In this document: positions 63,825 through 64,000 of the stretch, in pieces
Numbering within the stretch: the stretch's first letter is position 1
Layout of the letters: every line of letters starts with the position of its first letter
Source: the human T2T-CHM13v2.0 reference genome, Homo sapiens
Direction: 5' to 3' (one strand)
Assembly (NCBI RefSeq): GCF_009914755.1
Contig: NC_060931.1
DNA: 64,000 bases
Position numbers and translations under genes: made by a program
The notes under the pieces: model-generated
The model's database searches: none
What the model was told of the DNA's origin: nothing
Seen by the model: only the letters and a program-made list of their open reading frames with translations

Positions 63825-64000
63825 CCTGGGCGATAATTCTTGGTGGGTCTCTTGAATTTCTTCATGTTTTGCAAACAGAAGCACTGTCCTTTCTTTTTCT
63901 TTCTTTCTTTTTTTTCTTCTTAAGACTATCTTTTCAAAGATGTTTGAGTAACAAACAGCCTAGCCTTGGACAATAGAGACATGTCTCCCTCCAGAGAAGA
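63825..64000 (+). mobile_element. 5' part of an old ERV LTR, cut by the window end
   Basis: gataattct...gggtctct...gactatcttttcaaagatgttt...aaacagcc...tgtctccctccagag resembles an LTR start; family not determined. Confidence 0.45.

Overview
AT-rich primate (human-like) genomic DNA from inside the DGKB gene (diacylglycerol kinase beta), transcribed on the minus strand. Five coding exons are visible: 62295-62412, 59803-59891, 59603-59719, 49980-50078 and a 36/33-nt microexon at 6422-6457. They encode the two C1 zinc fingers and the start of the C1-to-catalytic linker. The rest is intron. The 43.5-kb intron 6458-49979 holds a near full-length old L1MA-type element into which an ERV1 solo LTR and a full-length 6.03-kb L1PA2/3 have inserted. 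It also holds a twin-primed L1PA with a short 3' transduction, Alus, LTRs, MIR/L2 relics and microsatellites. No prokaryotic-type systems, RNA genes or CRISPR arrays were found. Three things stand out. (1) The full-length L1 is antisense to DGKB, in the intron separating the regulatory half from the kinase half, and carries an extended ORF0 with a phase-0 splice donor in frame with downstream DGKB exons. (2) The microexon has three acceptors and two donors, which allows an alternative-frame 22-aa version. (3) Two neighbouring young L1s share private variants. Repeat subfamily names are from recalled consensus features, not from a RepeatMasker run.
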